A stretch of 64,000 nt of DNA from a virus. The DNA is taken from IMG/VR virus record IMGVR_UViG_3300045988_183163; one strand, 5' to 3'. A program made the position numbers and the translations under genes. The notes beneath the pieces were generated by a model. The model worked only from the letters and a program-made list of their open reading frames with translations. It did not search any database and was not told the origin of the DNA. Every line of letters begins with the position of its first letter. Position 1 is the first letter of the stretch. This document shows positions 47,472-57,036 of this stretch, in pieces.

Positions 47472-48284
47472 TTAAATTTCTCCTTTCAAGTTGTTATATC
47501 GTTTCATAGCCTCACGACTGATATCTTCATCCTGTTCAATATCCTGCGTCGTCTTGTTAATGACAGCATCGAGCTTTGACATTGCGAGCACAACCTCTGT
47601 ATCCCACGGATTCTGGGCAGAACGTTGGTTCAGAGCGTATGCTAAAGAATCCAATCGGAGGATTAAGCGCTCATTGTCATGAACTACCTTATCCACGGTA
47701 CTTACGATACCATTGTAGATTTCTTTCTTTTTCTGCGCTTCTTCTTTGTTTCCAAACGAGATAGAGCCTTGACAGAAAGCCTTGTATTCCGTTTCATCAA
47801 ACATTGAAGCCGAGCGAATCGCGTCATCCAGTCGGTCATAGAAGATACGTTCTGCGGATTCCAATAACGTTAGGCACTTGGTTTGTTCCCCGGATGTCTT
47901 GCTATCCTGGGTCATGCTGTAGGCAACGGCCATTTTTTGCCCGAAGCGCCGTACCTGATACAGCATTTGGTCAGCCTGCTCTGAGAAGACGCTTTTTGTC
48001 TTTACTGCCGTTTGAATTTTGTTGGTATACAGCTCTTCTTTGCTTGTAGGCCGTTCAGATGCAGCAGAAGCCGCAGCTTTCTGCTTTTTGAGAAAATTGC
48101 GATATGCAATGTAGGCGCAGAGCAGCAGGAACAGGACTGGCGTGCCATATTTCGCAAGGAGGATAAGGAACAGCGATGTTCCGTGCATGTATTCGATAGT
48201 GTAATAGGTGCTGATATAGGTTTCGACCATGTAGACTATAGCCGCTGCTATGATAATCAAACTCACGCCGAGCATTAACTTCAC
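47472..48284 (-). CDS. membrane protein (2 TM) with a cytoplasmic coiled-coil domain, XpaC/TelA-like
   Basis: Two N-terminal TM helices followed by a helical domain; the overall pattern resembles the XpaC/TelA toxic-anion-resistance families. This is a weak call. Confidence 0.35.
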   Translation of the reverse strand: MKLMLGVSLIIIAAAIVYMVETYISTYYTIEYMHGTSLFLILLAKYGTPVLFLLLCAYIAYRNFLKKQKAAASAASERPTSKEELYTNKIQTAVKTKSVFSEQADQMLYQVRRFGQKMAVAYSMTQDSKTSGEQTKCLTLLESAERIFYDRLDDAIRSASMFDETEYKAFCQGSISFGNKEEAQKKKEIYNGIVSTVDKVVHDNERLILRLDSLAYALNQRSAQNPWDTEVVLAMSKLDAVINKTTQDIEQDEDISREAMKRYNNLKGEI

Positions 48285-48345
48285 CTCTCCGGTTTTACTC
48301 TATTTGCTATCAAGAGGGCTTGATACGAAGTATCTTTTGCTTCTA

Positions 48346-48373
48346 ATTATCTTCGATTCGCACGATTCAGCAA
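48346..48373 (-). promoter_or_regulatory. conserved promoter family copy (TTGCTG-N16-GATAAT)
   Basis: Minus strand reads TTGCTGaatcGTGCGAATCGAAGATAAT. Confidence 0.45.
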
Positions 48374-48495
48374 CAAAGCCTTAACATGCAAAAAAGACAG
48401 TCACCCTAATTGGATGGCTACCATGAACTTTTCGTTTGCGTCACAACAGAAAAAAGGATGGCTCTTTCGAGTCACCCTCTTTTTATTCGTTGTCT

Positions 48496-50139
48496 TTAAT
48501 CTTTGGCCTTTTTGTCTTTCATGATAGCCTTCTCTTCTTCGGTCACATCCGGTCGAAAATGAGTGACTTCCTCACCGTTGAGACTCTTCTCATGAATTAG
48601 ATAGCCGCCTTCTACGCGTTCCATAGCATTGACACCTCCTTCCTTTTCACTATTCACAGGCTGTTCGCCTTGATTCATGATGTTGATGTTGCGGTCGGTC
48701 TTTGCCTGGATGCTGTTGGCACGGACAATTTCGCCCATGTCGATTCCGGTCGCTTCTTTCACCGTCTGCATGGTTTGAGCCATCAGGATAGGAACGTTCC
48801 CGGAAACGCCGGATACGCCGGAGGCGTCACCGCCAATGATAGAAACCTTATCAATGCTGGACAAAGGCTGAGCCACGCTTTTGGCAATGTCAGGAAGAAC
48901 CTTGATGAGCATTTCAGCCACAGCCGCATCGTTATACTGCTTATATGCCTCTGCTTTCTGTTTCATGGCTTCCGCTTCAGCCAAGCCTTTCTGACGAATC
49001 GCTTCAGCTTCTGCCTTACCGACAAGTTCAATGCCTTCTGCTTCCTGCTGCTTGGAGAACTTCTGTGCCTCAGCTGCACGTTCCGCCTCATATTTCTTGG
49101 CTTCTGCCTCTTTCTGGCGGCGGTACAGGTCAGCATCTGCCTGTTTGCGGACTTCCGCATCCAGTTTGCGTTGCTGGACCTCGGCTTCCTGTGCGGCAAG
49201 GTCTACCATTTTCTTCTGCTTGGCGATTTCAGCATCCGCTTCCGCTTCTTTGATTTCTTTGGCGCGGAGATTCATCTGAATCTGACCGGCAGCATCTGCG
49301 TCAGCCGCAGCTTTATCAGCTTCAGCTTTCAGCTTTGCCTTGGCGAGCTGCAATTCATTGTTGCGTTTTGCAATCGCAGTCTGCGCTTCAACTTCCTTGG
49401 CATTTGCAGCCATCTCAGCATCGGCCTTCGCGCAGGCTACATCACGGGCAGCCTGAGCACGGGCAATTTCAGCCTGTTTTTTCACAAGCTCTTCCTGTTC
49501 AATGCCGATAGCCTCAATGACGCCGTGGTTGTGGCCCTGAACATCCACCGCATCCCTGATATCCTGGACGTTAAAAGTCACGACCTCAAGTCCCATCTTA
49601 GCAAGGTCGGGGCGAGCATTCTCGATAACGCTCACAGCCATCTGCTTGCGGTTCGTCAGAATTTGGTCGACGGTCATGTCAGAGACAATCTCACGCAAAT
49701 TGCCCTGCAGAACGTCATTAACTTTCTCATTGATGCCCTGCTCGTTCATGCCCAGAAAGTTCGAGATGGCTGCCTGTTGGCGGGACATGATGTACGCCTT
49801 GGCGTCTTTCAGACCGGATGCCTTCACTTCTTCATCCAGAACGGTAGAGTTTTCGCTGTAGACTTGAATCGTGACAACAGAGTCAATCCAGAGACTTACG
49901 CCGTTCTTCGTCTTAACACCTGTTTCAGGAGTTTTGACGTCAATTTTCAGAAGGCGCATATTTAGCCGGTCAGCCCGCTGAAGAACGGGCAGAACAAATG
50001 TACCTTTTCCGCAAACTACTTTAGGCTTAGACAGACCAAAGCCGGTCACAACGATAGCCTCCGTGGGCGGAGCTTTCTTGTAGCAGAGAAATCCAAAGAG
50101 AATAATCAGGGCTGCCACAATCGCAATCACATATACCAT
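48496..50139 (-). CDS. flotillin-like SPFH/band-7 domain protein
   Basis: N-terminal TM helix, SPFH domain (VVTGFG...KIDVKTPE...), a long Ala/Glu-rich coiled coil, and a C-terminal flotillin-type region; 547 aa. Confidence 0.75.
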   Translation of the reverse strand: MVYVIAIVAALIILFGFLCYKKAPPTEAIVVTGFGLSKPKVVCGKGTFVLPVLQRADRLNMRLLKIDVKTPETGVKTKNGVSLWIDSVVTIQVYSENSTVLDEEVKASGLKDAKAYIMSRQQAAISNFLGMNEQGINEKVNDVLQGNLREIVSDMTVDQILTNRKQMAVSVIENARPDLAKMGLEVVTFNVQDIRDAVDVQGHNHGVIEAIGIEQEELVKKQAEIARAQAARDVACAKADAEMAANAKEVEAQTAIAKRNNELQLAKAKLKAEADKAAADADAAGQIQMNLRAKEIKEAEADAEIAKQKKMVDLAAQEAEVQQRKLDAEVRKQADADLYRRQKEAEAKKYEAERAAEAQKFSKQQEAEGIELVGKAEAEAIRQKGLAEAEAMKQKAEAYKQYNDAAVAEMLIKVLPDIAKSVAQPLSSIDKVSIIGGDASGVSGVSGNVPILMAQTMQTVKEATGIDMGEIVRANSIQAKTDRNINIMNQGEQPVNSEKEGGVNAMERVEGGYLIHEKSLNGEEVTHFRPDVTEEEKAIMKDKKAKD

Positions 50140-50403
50140 AATTTTTGTTTCTCCATTCGTAAAATAGTAATAAAACTATAAGTCAGGACTTGCGTCCTGT
50201 GGTCCACTTCGCCAATGTTATGCACTGTTTTAGCCTTTCGACATGACGCTCGCACTTCTCCTCCCCTCGGAGATGTTTAACGAAACGCCTGCAGAGCTCA
50301 CCACTTGTGGAGCATGGATAAGGTGCCTATATTATTAGTACACAACGTAGTTTTCCCCACTGCCGGAGCAATGGGCTTAGGCTAACCAACCGGGCTTACG
50401 GGT

Positions 50404-50458
50404 TGCCCCGCAAGCCCCGTCTATAACCGGCGAGCCGGTTTAGGCGGGGTTGTTGACA
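50404..50458. repeat. 55-bp inverted-repeat arm (partner at 63946..64000), including the last 6 codons of the lipoprotein gene and a GNRA-tetraloop hairpin
   Basis: 54/55 identity to the reverse complement of 63946..64000. It contains GGGCUUGCGGG-GCAA-CCCGUAAGCCC. Confidence 0.6.
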
Positions 50459-50784
50459 TCACTTGCTTTGTCGATTTCACGCATGAAAACCTCATTGCCG
50501 TTCTCATCGTACTTATGGACGGTAACAACGCCATCTTCATCATCAGCACTGTAGTGCATTGTCTCAGTGCTCAACAGCAGGTCCTCTGCAGCAGCTTCGT
50601 CTACATCAGTGACCTCAGAAGGCGCTTCCTCCGGCGTAGTCTCCTCAACCACAGAACTTTCAGCCGGGGCGGTAGAAGCTGCTTCGGAAGAGGAAGCGGC
50701 AGGCTTCTGAGTAGCGCATCCGGCAAGCATCAGGGCTGCAGCGGTTGCCACAGCAGCGGCAGCGGTCAGGTTTTTGTTTCTCAT
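50440..50784 (-). CDS. lipoprotein
   Basis: Start at MRNKNLTAAAAVATAAALMLAGC (lipobox) with RBS GAAGGAGAACG. Confidence 0.55.
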   Translation of the reverse strand: MRNKNLTAAAAVATAAALMLAGCATQKPAASSSEAASTAPAESSVVEETTPEEAPSEVTDVDEAAAEDLLLSTETMHYSADDEDGVVTVHKYDENGNEVFMREIDKASDVNNPA

Positions 50785-51116
50785 GTTCTTTCGTTCTCCT
50801 TCGTTTGGATAGTTTTTGCACAAATACTTCAATGTAGTATTTGTTGTACAACTACTATTGTACCGAGCTCGCATATTCCGGCAAGCAAACAACCATTACA
50901 AATTGGTAACCATTCGTGCAGCAGCTGACGATAACCGCCGGTTGTAGAAGCAGCGGACGGAACAGTGTATTACATTGACCCGACGTTCAACAGCGACGGG
51001 GACTACGAACGGTTCTTCTGGAAAGAAGAGCTGGAAGACCACAATATCGAAATCGACATTGTGCGCATCCGTGCTATGACGAACTGCTGCCGCAAGTTCA
51101 AGACGATGTAACTACA

Positions 51117-51147
51117 AGCCGTCTGCTTTCGGATGGGCGGCTTTTTT
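51117..51147 (+). terminator. intrinsic terminator following a short gene remnant
   Basis: GCCGTCTGCTTTCGGATGGGCGGC followed by TTTTTTT. Confidence 0.5.
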
Positions 51148-51157
51148 TGAAAAAATG

Positions 51158-51205
51158 TTTGACGAAACTTGCGAACAGCATACAATAAGTGTTGTACGAC
51201 AGATA
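51158..51205 (+). promoter_or_regulatory. conserved promoter family copy on the plus strand (TTGACG-N16-TACAAT), followed by TTGTACGACAGATAA
   Basis: TTGACGaaacTTGCGAACagcaTACAATaagtgTTGTACGACAGATAA; a terminator hairpin at 51244..51276 follows. Confidence 0.5.
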
Positions 51206-51243
51206 ATAAACCGACATCAACCATTCATAATCTGACAAATTCA

Positions 51244-51276
51244 GACAGGCACCAATCGGGTGACCTGTCTTTTTTG
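51244..51276 (+). terminator. leader terminator downstream of promoter 51158..51185
   Basis: GACAGGCACCAATCGGGTGACCTGTC followed by TTTTTTG; it precedes gene 51316..51666. Confidence 0.5.
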
Positions 51277-51315
51277 TTATGAGACCGCGTAATGCGGAGA
51301 AAGATGAGGATTACC

Positions 51316-51666
51316 ATGACCACTATTATGAACACCGCCGAATTCATCCGCGTTACCGACCTTCTGAAGAAGGAAAAGATTGCCAAGAGCAGCGGCAACA
51401 TATTTGCTGCTATGATGGCGATGCGCGAGAACCGCCCCGAAGCAATCTGCGCAGATGGCTTCAAGATGTCCATTCAGGCATCCGATGAGCACTACTGCCA
51501 GAAGACCGATGACGGGAGCTATGCGAGCGTAGAAATCGGGTTTCCGTCTTCGTCCGAGTCCCTGCTCGACGATTATGGTGATGACGGAGTGTACGGCTAT
51601 GTGCCGCTCACTGTTGTCGATGCCATCATCGCCAAGCACGGTGGAATCCTGCTCGATGAGCAGTAA
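51316..51666 (+). CDS. hypothetical protein
   Basis: Start at MTTIMNTAEF (RBS GAGGA); 116 aa. Confidence 0.4.
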   Translation: MTTIMNTAEFIRVTDLLKKEKIAKSSGNIFAAMMAMRENRPEAICADGFKMSIQASDEHYCQKTDDGSYASVEIGFPSSSESLLDDYGDDGVYGYVPLTVVDAIIAKHGGILLDEQ

Positions 51667-51815
51667 GCCACTCTATCCAATTCCAGCATGACATCCGGCT
51701 GCACGCCGTTTGTTCATATATGAAGCAGTTATCATTCCTCTTAATGAGAACAAAAATGATAGCTGCTATTTTTATTTTACAAGCCTCGAAAATACGAGGA
51801 GAAAGAGAGTTTGTT

Positions 51816-52988
51816 ATGAAAACCGCTATGAACACCAACATCAACACTAACATCAACACCAACACTACCAATTCCAAGAAAGTTATCCCCGGCATCAATG
51901 ACGTGGCTACCAAATGCCCTATGGCTGCTACCATGTGGAGTGACAAGAACACCTTCTCTCCCAGTAAAGTGGCTGCGGGAAGCAGAAGAAAGTTCACATT
52001 TGTTTGCCCAGACTGTGGGCAGGAATTTGAAAGCAAAATCTTTAGTGTTGTTCGTTCGGTAATGAACGGTAACACTGGTTGCCCTGTTTGTGCAGGTAAA
52101 AAGATTGTTTCCGGCATCAACGATTTGGCTACCAAATGCCCGAAAGCAGCCGCCATGTGGAGCAACAAGAATGCTTGCTCTCCCAGCGAAGCACCTGCAG
52201 GCAGCCACAAAAAGGCCGTCTTTGTATGTCCTGATTGCGGACAAGAGTTTGAGTCTTCCATTTGCAATGTCGTCAACTCTTTGATGCATTACCGCACCGG
52301 TTGTCCCGTTTGTCGTGGTTTGAAAGTGGTTTCCGGAATCAACGACTTGGCTACTAAGTGCCCTGCAGCAGCCAACATGTGGGGCAGCAAAAACGCTTGC
52401 TCTCCAAATGAGGTATCTGCAGGCAACAACAAAATGGCATGGTTTGTCTGTCCCGACTGCAAACAGGAGTTTAAGGCTCCCGTTTGCAATGTCGTCAATT
52501 CTTTGTTGCATGACAATACCGGTTGCCCTGTTTGTGCAGGTCGCAAGGCTGTTTCCGGCGTCAACGATTTGGCGACCATGTATCCAAAAGCCGCTGCTAT
52601 GTGGAGCGGCAAGAACGATTACGCCCCAAGCGAAATTCCTGCTCGTTCGTCCAGACGCGCCATTTTTGTGTGCCCCGATTGCAAACAAGAGTTTGTGACA
52701 AGCATCCACAACATGACGCGGGCTATTGCGTCCGGTGTTACTTGCTGCCCCAATTGCAGACTGCGGGGGCGTGCCATCAACGCAGCTCGCAAGGACGAGT
52801 ACGGTTCTCCGAAATCTGTCGGCACTACGATGACGATGAAGGATGGCAGCAAAGCCACCTGCACCGCTTATCATGGTGTCAACAACATCACGGTGGAGTT
52901 TGAAGACGGGTTCGTTTTGTACCATGCTCGCTGGAACCAATTTGTCCGTGGTGCTCTTCACCACGGTCAGAAAACCACTGAAGAATAA
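51816..52988 (+). CDS. zinc-ribbon tandem-repeat protein (four about 75-aa repeats GINDLATKCP...W..KN...FVCPDCGQEF...GCPVC)
   Basis: Start at MKTAMNTNIN (RBS GAGGAGAAAGAGAG). Four repeats, each with CxxC...CxxC. The antisense 420-aa ORF is rejected. Confidence 0.6.
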   Translation: MKTAMNTNINTNINTNTTNSKKVIPGINDVATKCPMAATMWSDKNTFSPSKVAAGSRRKFTFVCPDCGQEFESKIFSVVRSVMNGNTGCPVCAGKKIVSGINDLATKCPKAAAMWSNKNACSPSEAPAGSHKKAVFVCPDCGQEFESSICNVVNSLMHYRTGCPVCRGLKVVSGINDLATKCPAAANMWGSKNACSPNEVSAGNNKMAWFVCPDCKQEFKAPVCNVVNSLLHDNTGCPVCAGRKAVSGVNDLATMYPKAAAMWSGKNDYAPSEIPARSSRRAIFVCPDCKQEFVTSIHNMTRAIASGVTCCPNCRLRGRAINAARKDEYGSPKSVGTTMTMKDGSKATCTAYHGVNNITVEFEDGFVLYHARWNQFVRGALHHGQKTTEE

Positions 52989-53112
52989 TAAAAAAAGCCA
53001 TCTAATACGAAGTTGGCTTATAAATGTAGCAGCTATCATCTTCCTGCAAGGGGGGATGGTGGCTGCTTTTTATTGCAAGCCTCGAATGTTACGAGGAGAA
53101 AAGAGGATAATT

Positions 53113-54672
53113 ATGAATACTTTTGTGAAGGTTATGCATGCCAACACCTGCAATTGCGCTGCTTGCGCATCTGTTCCGACTCTTGGCATTAAGATGCCGT
53201 ATGAGGAAGAGGAAAAGAAAGCTACTAAAACTAGAAAGACTCGCCAAAAACTGATTGTTGGAGAAAACGATTTGGCTACGGTCGCTCCTGAAATCGCCGC
53301 AATGCTGAGTGAGAAAGATAAGCACTTTGCTTTTGAAGTTACTGCTGGAAGCAACAGGAAACTTACTTTTGTCTGCCCTGTCTGCAAGAAAGAGTTTGAG
53401 GCTAAAATTTGCAGTGTCACAATAGCAGTTTGCCCATGTCCTTATTGCCGCAAAGTAAAAAAAGCGCGTCGCAATTCGAAACCTATTGTTGGAGTTAATG
53501 ATTTGGCTTCGCAATGCCCGCAGGCTGTAGCAATGTGGAGCGAAAAGAATAAATGCTACCCAACAGAAGTTTTCGCCCAAAGCACTAAGACTGCAATTTT
53601 CAATTGCCCAAAATGTAAGCACGAATTTGAGACGACTGTCACATCCTTTGTGAAAAGCATCAAAAAATCGAAAGGCAATACTACTGGCTGCCCTATCTGT
53701 AATGGGACTAAAGTTGTTGTTGGCTACAATGATTTAGCTACGACCTGCCCCCAAGTAGCTGCTATGTTAAGCAAAAAAAACGCTGGCTTTGCAACAAAGT
53801 ACACTATGGGAAGCAATGCAGTTGCAAGTTTTACTTGTCCTGATTGCAAAAAAGAATTTGAGGCTAAAATTTGCAAAGTCACAAATGTAGTTTACCCATG
53901 TCCTTATTGCCGCGATACAAAAATTCTCGCTAATCATATGGATTTGGAAACTTACTTAAAGAAAAATAATCGAGAGGATATTCTTAACTGTATTCGTCCA
54001 GATAGTCCGTATCAGGCAAGTGAAGTTTCTTATTCCAGCAACAAAACATTATTTCTTAATTGCCCTGAATGTGGTAATAAATGGGTGATTTCAGCTAATT
54101 ATCTGACTGCACAAGGCATTAGTTATATGTGTGGTAATTGTAATCAAACGACAAATTTTATTTCCAAGCCAGAGCAGTATGCTGTTCGTATTGCAATGGG
54201 TTTTGCAAGGGAAAACGGAGTTCCAAATGCATTCGATGAAGTTCGTCACATTTTTGGCTATAACAACAAATATGGTGTAGATTTTGTCGATAACACTCGC
54301 AAGATTTGCATGGAGTACAATGGTGTATATTGGCATAAAGACAAAAAAAGAGTTGATTGCTATAAATTCATCAAAATCCATAATGCCGGATATACTTTTA
54401 TTCGTATACTGGAACCGGGCTTAAAAGCTTTTGACAAAAAATATGACATTGTATTGCCAAAAAACTACAAACACGGTAACGAGTATGAATCAAAAATCAT
54501 GGAGGACCTTGGCTATAAGCTTATTTCTTTATTTGAGGAAATCTATAATTACAAGGCCACTCCTGAAATTCAAAAATTAGTCGATTTTAAAGAATTCGAA
54601 AAGTGGTACGATATTCATCGCAAAAGAATTTCTGCAAAAGCTACCGAAAACGCAGCAAAGAAAGCTGCCTGA
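53113..54672 (+). CDS. zinc-ribbon tandem-repeat protein with a C-terminal DUF559/Vsr-like endonuclease-type domain
   Basis: Start at MNTFVKV, with the same leader as the upstream gene. It has zinc-ribbon repeats and a C-terminal GVDFVD...CMEYNGVYWHKD...D motif reminiscent of DUF559 PD-(D/E)xK nucleases. Confidence 0.55.
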   Translation: MNTFVKVMHANTCNCAACASVPTLGIKMPYEEEEKKATKTRKTRQKLIVGENDLATVAPEIAAMLSEKDKHFAFEVTAGSNRKLTFVCPVCKKEFEAKICSVTIAVCPCPYCRKVKKARRNSKPIVGVNDLASQCPQAVAMWSEKNKCYPTEVFAQSTKTAIFNCPKCKHEFETTVTSFVKSIKKSKGNTTGCPICNGTKVVVGYNDLATTCPQVAAMLSKKNAGFATKYTMGSNAVASFTCPDCKKEFEAKICKVTNVVYPCPYCRDTKILANHMDLETYLKKNNREDILNCIRPDSPYQASEVSYSSNKTLFLNCPECGNKWVISANYLTAQGISYMCGNCNQTTNFISKPEQYAVRIAMGFARENGVPNAFDEVRHIFGYNNKYGVDFVDNTRKICMEYNGVYWHKDKKRVDCYKFIKIHNAGYTFIRILEPGLKAFDKKYDIVLPKNYKHGNEYESKIMEDLGYKLISLFEEIYNYKATPEIQKLVDFKEFEKWYDIHRKRISAKATENAAKKAA

Positions 54673-54728
54673 TAGATTACAAGACCTCTGACGAACTCAG
54701 TCGTCTTTTTACATAGATAGCGTTTCCT

Positions 54729-54766
54729 GCCGTTCACCCATAACCGGGTGGGCGGCTTTTTCTTTT
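54729..54766 (+). terminator. intrinsic terminator after the zinc-ribbon genes
   Basis: GCCGTTCACCCATAACCGGGTGGGCGGC followed by TTTTTC. Confidence 0.5.
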
Positions 54767-55000
54767 GCCAACTACTTGCCATACGTCAATTTCATGCATG
54801 AATTACAAAATAGTAACCGTTCCATACAACCGCTGGCGATAACTACCAGTTGTAGTGTATTTGATTGGACTTCCAAATTCTATTTTAGTCGCACATATTG
54901 CAACTTACGGTTGTATTTGCTATACTAATAACAACCGATAACAACCAACGAAGCACAAATAACAACTAATAGGTGTTACCGCGAACCGAGGAGGCCAATC

Positions 55001-56302
55001 ATGGCGAGCGAACGAGCGATACTTCACTGTGACATGAACTCTTTTTACGCAAGCTGCGAGGCGGCTTATAACCCAAAGCTGCAGGGTAAGCCGATTGCAG
55101 TATGTGGTGACCCGGAAAGGCGAAACGGCATTGTGTTGACTGCCTCGTATCCGGCCAAACGGATGGGCGTGAAAACCGGGATGGCACTCTGGGAAGCGCA
55201 GCAGCATTGCCGTGACATCATCTTTGTTCCGGCTCATTATGACCTATATACCAGGTACAGTGGGTATACCAGAGAGATATTCCTCAGATACTCTGACATG
55301 GTCGAACCGTTTGGCTTGGATGAAGCATGGCTCGATTGTACCGCAAGCCGGTCTCTCTTTGGAAGCGGGGAAGAGATAGCCAAGAAAGTATCTGATACCG
55401 TGAAGAATGAACTGGGCATTACCTGTTCCATCGGAGTGAGCTGGAATAAAGTCTTTGCCAAGTTGGGGTCTGATTACAAGAAGCCAGATGCCACCACCGT
55501 TATATCAAGGTCAAACTGGAAAGATATTGTGTTCCCGCTGCCTGCCACGGACCTTCTGTATGTTGGGTCCAGAACGGGGAAAAAGTTATCAAGCTACTGT
55601 ATCCATACAATCGGTGATTTGGCGACCGCCAATCCAAACTTTCTGAAAGAAAAATTCGGGAAAATCGGCCCGATGCTTTGGGGATTCGCCAATGGCCTTG
55701 ACACGGGAGCAGTGGCGAAATACGAGGGAAGGAAAGCTCAGGTACCTATCAAGAGCATCGGAAACAGCTGGACAACGCCACGGGACTTGAAGACTAACCG
55801 GGATGTCTGGATTGTTATTTATCTGCTCGCGGAAAGTGTCGCTGCGCGGCTCAGAGAGAACCATTTCCGATGCCGAGGCGTAGAGGTGAGTCTCCGGGAT
55901 TCCAGCCTTTTCTCTTTTGAGAGACAGTGCAAGCTCGGCCAGCCAACGATGCAGGAAAAGGATATTGCGGAGGCAGCTTACCAGCTGTATAAGAAGAACT
56001 ACCGGTGGAGTGAGCACCTACGCTCAGTTGGCGTGCGTGCCATTGACCTGCGGCCAGATACGGAACCAAACCAGATATCTTTTGAGTACAGCGCCGAAAA
56101 GCAGGAAGAGACCGAGCGGCTTGAATCCGCGATTGACGGGATACGGAACCGGTTCGGATACTATTCCGTACAACGAGCCGTCATGTACAAAGACCGGTTT
56201 CTCTCTCATTGTGACGCCAAGGGAGACCACACCATACACCCACACGGGTATTTGCAGGGAAGCACAGGGGAGCATCTAATCTATGTCAGAACCAAGAATT
56301 AA
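55001..56302 (+). CDS. Y-family DNA polymerase (DinB/UmuC-like)
   Basis: ILHCDMNSFYASCE and the catalytic DE region; 433 aa; RBS GAGGAGG. Confidence 0.8.
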   Translation: MASERAILHCDMNSFYASCEAAYNPKLQGKPIAVCGDPERRNGIVLTASYPAKRMGVKTGMALWEAQQHCRDIIFVPAHYDLYTRYSGYTREIFLRYSDMVEPFGLDEAWLDCTASRSLFGSGEEIAKKVSDTVKNELGITCSIGVSWNKVFAKLGSDYKKPDATTVISRSNWKDIVFPLPATDLLYVGSRTGKKLSSYCIHTIGDLATANPNFLKEKFGKIGPMLWGFANGLDTGAVAKYEGRKAQVPIKSIGNSWTTPRDLKTNRDVWIVIYLLAESVAARLRENHFRCRGVEVSLRDSSLFSFERQCKLGQPTMQEKDIAEAAYQLYKKNYRWSEHLRSVGVRAIDLRPDTEPNQISFEYSAEKQEETERLESAIDGIRNRFGYYSVQRAVMYKDRFLSHCDAKGDHTIHPHGYLQGSTGEHLIYVRTKN

Positions 56303-56555
56303 GAAATATGTCGAGGTCATTGCCGATTTCTCTCCTGAAGGCATATTAACGCCTCAGACAGTCATCTGGGACACGGGCCAGAGATTCGATATCACCTGCA
56401 TCTCGGAAGTGTTGCCCCGGAAATACTCGAAAACTGGCGGAGTAGGAGTTCGCTATACCTGCCAGATAGGAAGAGCCAAAACATATCTGTTCTTTGAGGA
56501 GGACAGGTGGTTCGTGGAAGCAAAGGAAAATGCTGCAGCCGGAGACCCCTGCTAA
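56283..56555 (+). CDS. small protein downstream of the Y-family polymerase (YolD-like position)
   Basis: 90 aa; overlaps the polymerase stop. Gene order resembles the uvrX-yolD / yqjW-yqzH pairs of Bacillus prophages. Confidence 0.35.
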   Translation: MSEPRIKKYVEVIADFSPEGILTPQTVIWDTGQRFDITCISEVLPRKYSKTGGVGVRYTCQIGRAKTYLFFEEDRWFVEAKENAAAGDPC

Positions 56556-56959
56556 AAATCGAAGAAATAATCGCCCGTCAAGACTCCACCAACTTCCATG
56601 GTCGAGTTTGGGTCGGGCTTGCAACCAGATTTGCAGCAGAATGACTCCATTTCGGGCGTCAACACAGATTGGATAATAATGCGGTGTACGCCGTTTTCTT
56701 CGCAGATTTTCTTTAAGGCAAAAAGTATCGCTGTCATCGTACCACAACGTTTGTGAGCAAACTCAACGCGAGAAAGAACCAATGCAAAATTTCCAAGGAA
56801 AGCAACACGCAGCTCATTTTCCCCGTCGCTAGAAGTAATCCAAATAGTACGCATACTGTTGGAAACACTGCAATGACAGTCTTGCTTGCTCTCGATAGTA
56901 TCTACAAGTTGTTGTATTTGCTCTTTCGTAAGCTCAAGCATACCTAAAGCCTCCATCAT
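56552..56959 (-). CDS. hypothetical protein (possibly GNAT-like; start uncertain)
   Basis: The ORF-track version begins with TTG. The ATG pair at 56959 is preceded by TATAAT 16 nt upstream with no SD, so it may be near-leaderless. Confidence 0.3.
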   Translation of the reverse strand: MMEALGMLELTKEQIQQLVDTIESKQDCHCSVSNSMRTIWITSSDGENELRVAFLGNFALVLSRVEFAHKRCGTMTAILFALKKICEENGVHRIIIQSVLTPEMESFCCKSGCKPDPNSTMEVGGVLTGDYFFDF

Positions 56960-57036
56960 TTTTTGGTTGTAAAAATTATACCACAAACAGTGTCAAGCAG
57001 ACGAAGTGATTTTGCAACGAAAGGAGAAGAAACAAG

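Noticed and set aside
54700-55000. LexA (Cheo-box) operator upstream of the Y-family polymerase
   Set aside because: I looked for GAAC-N4-GTTC-type palindromes and found only partial half-sites (GTTCC), so no operator is called.
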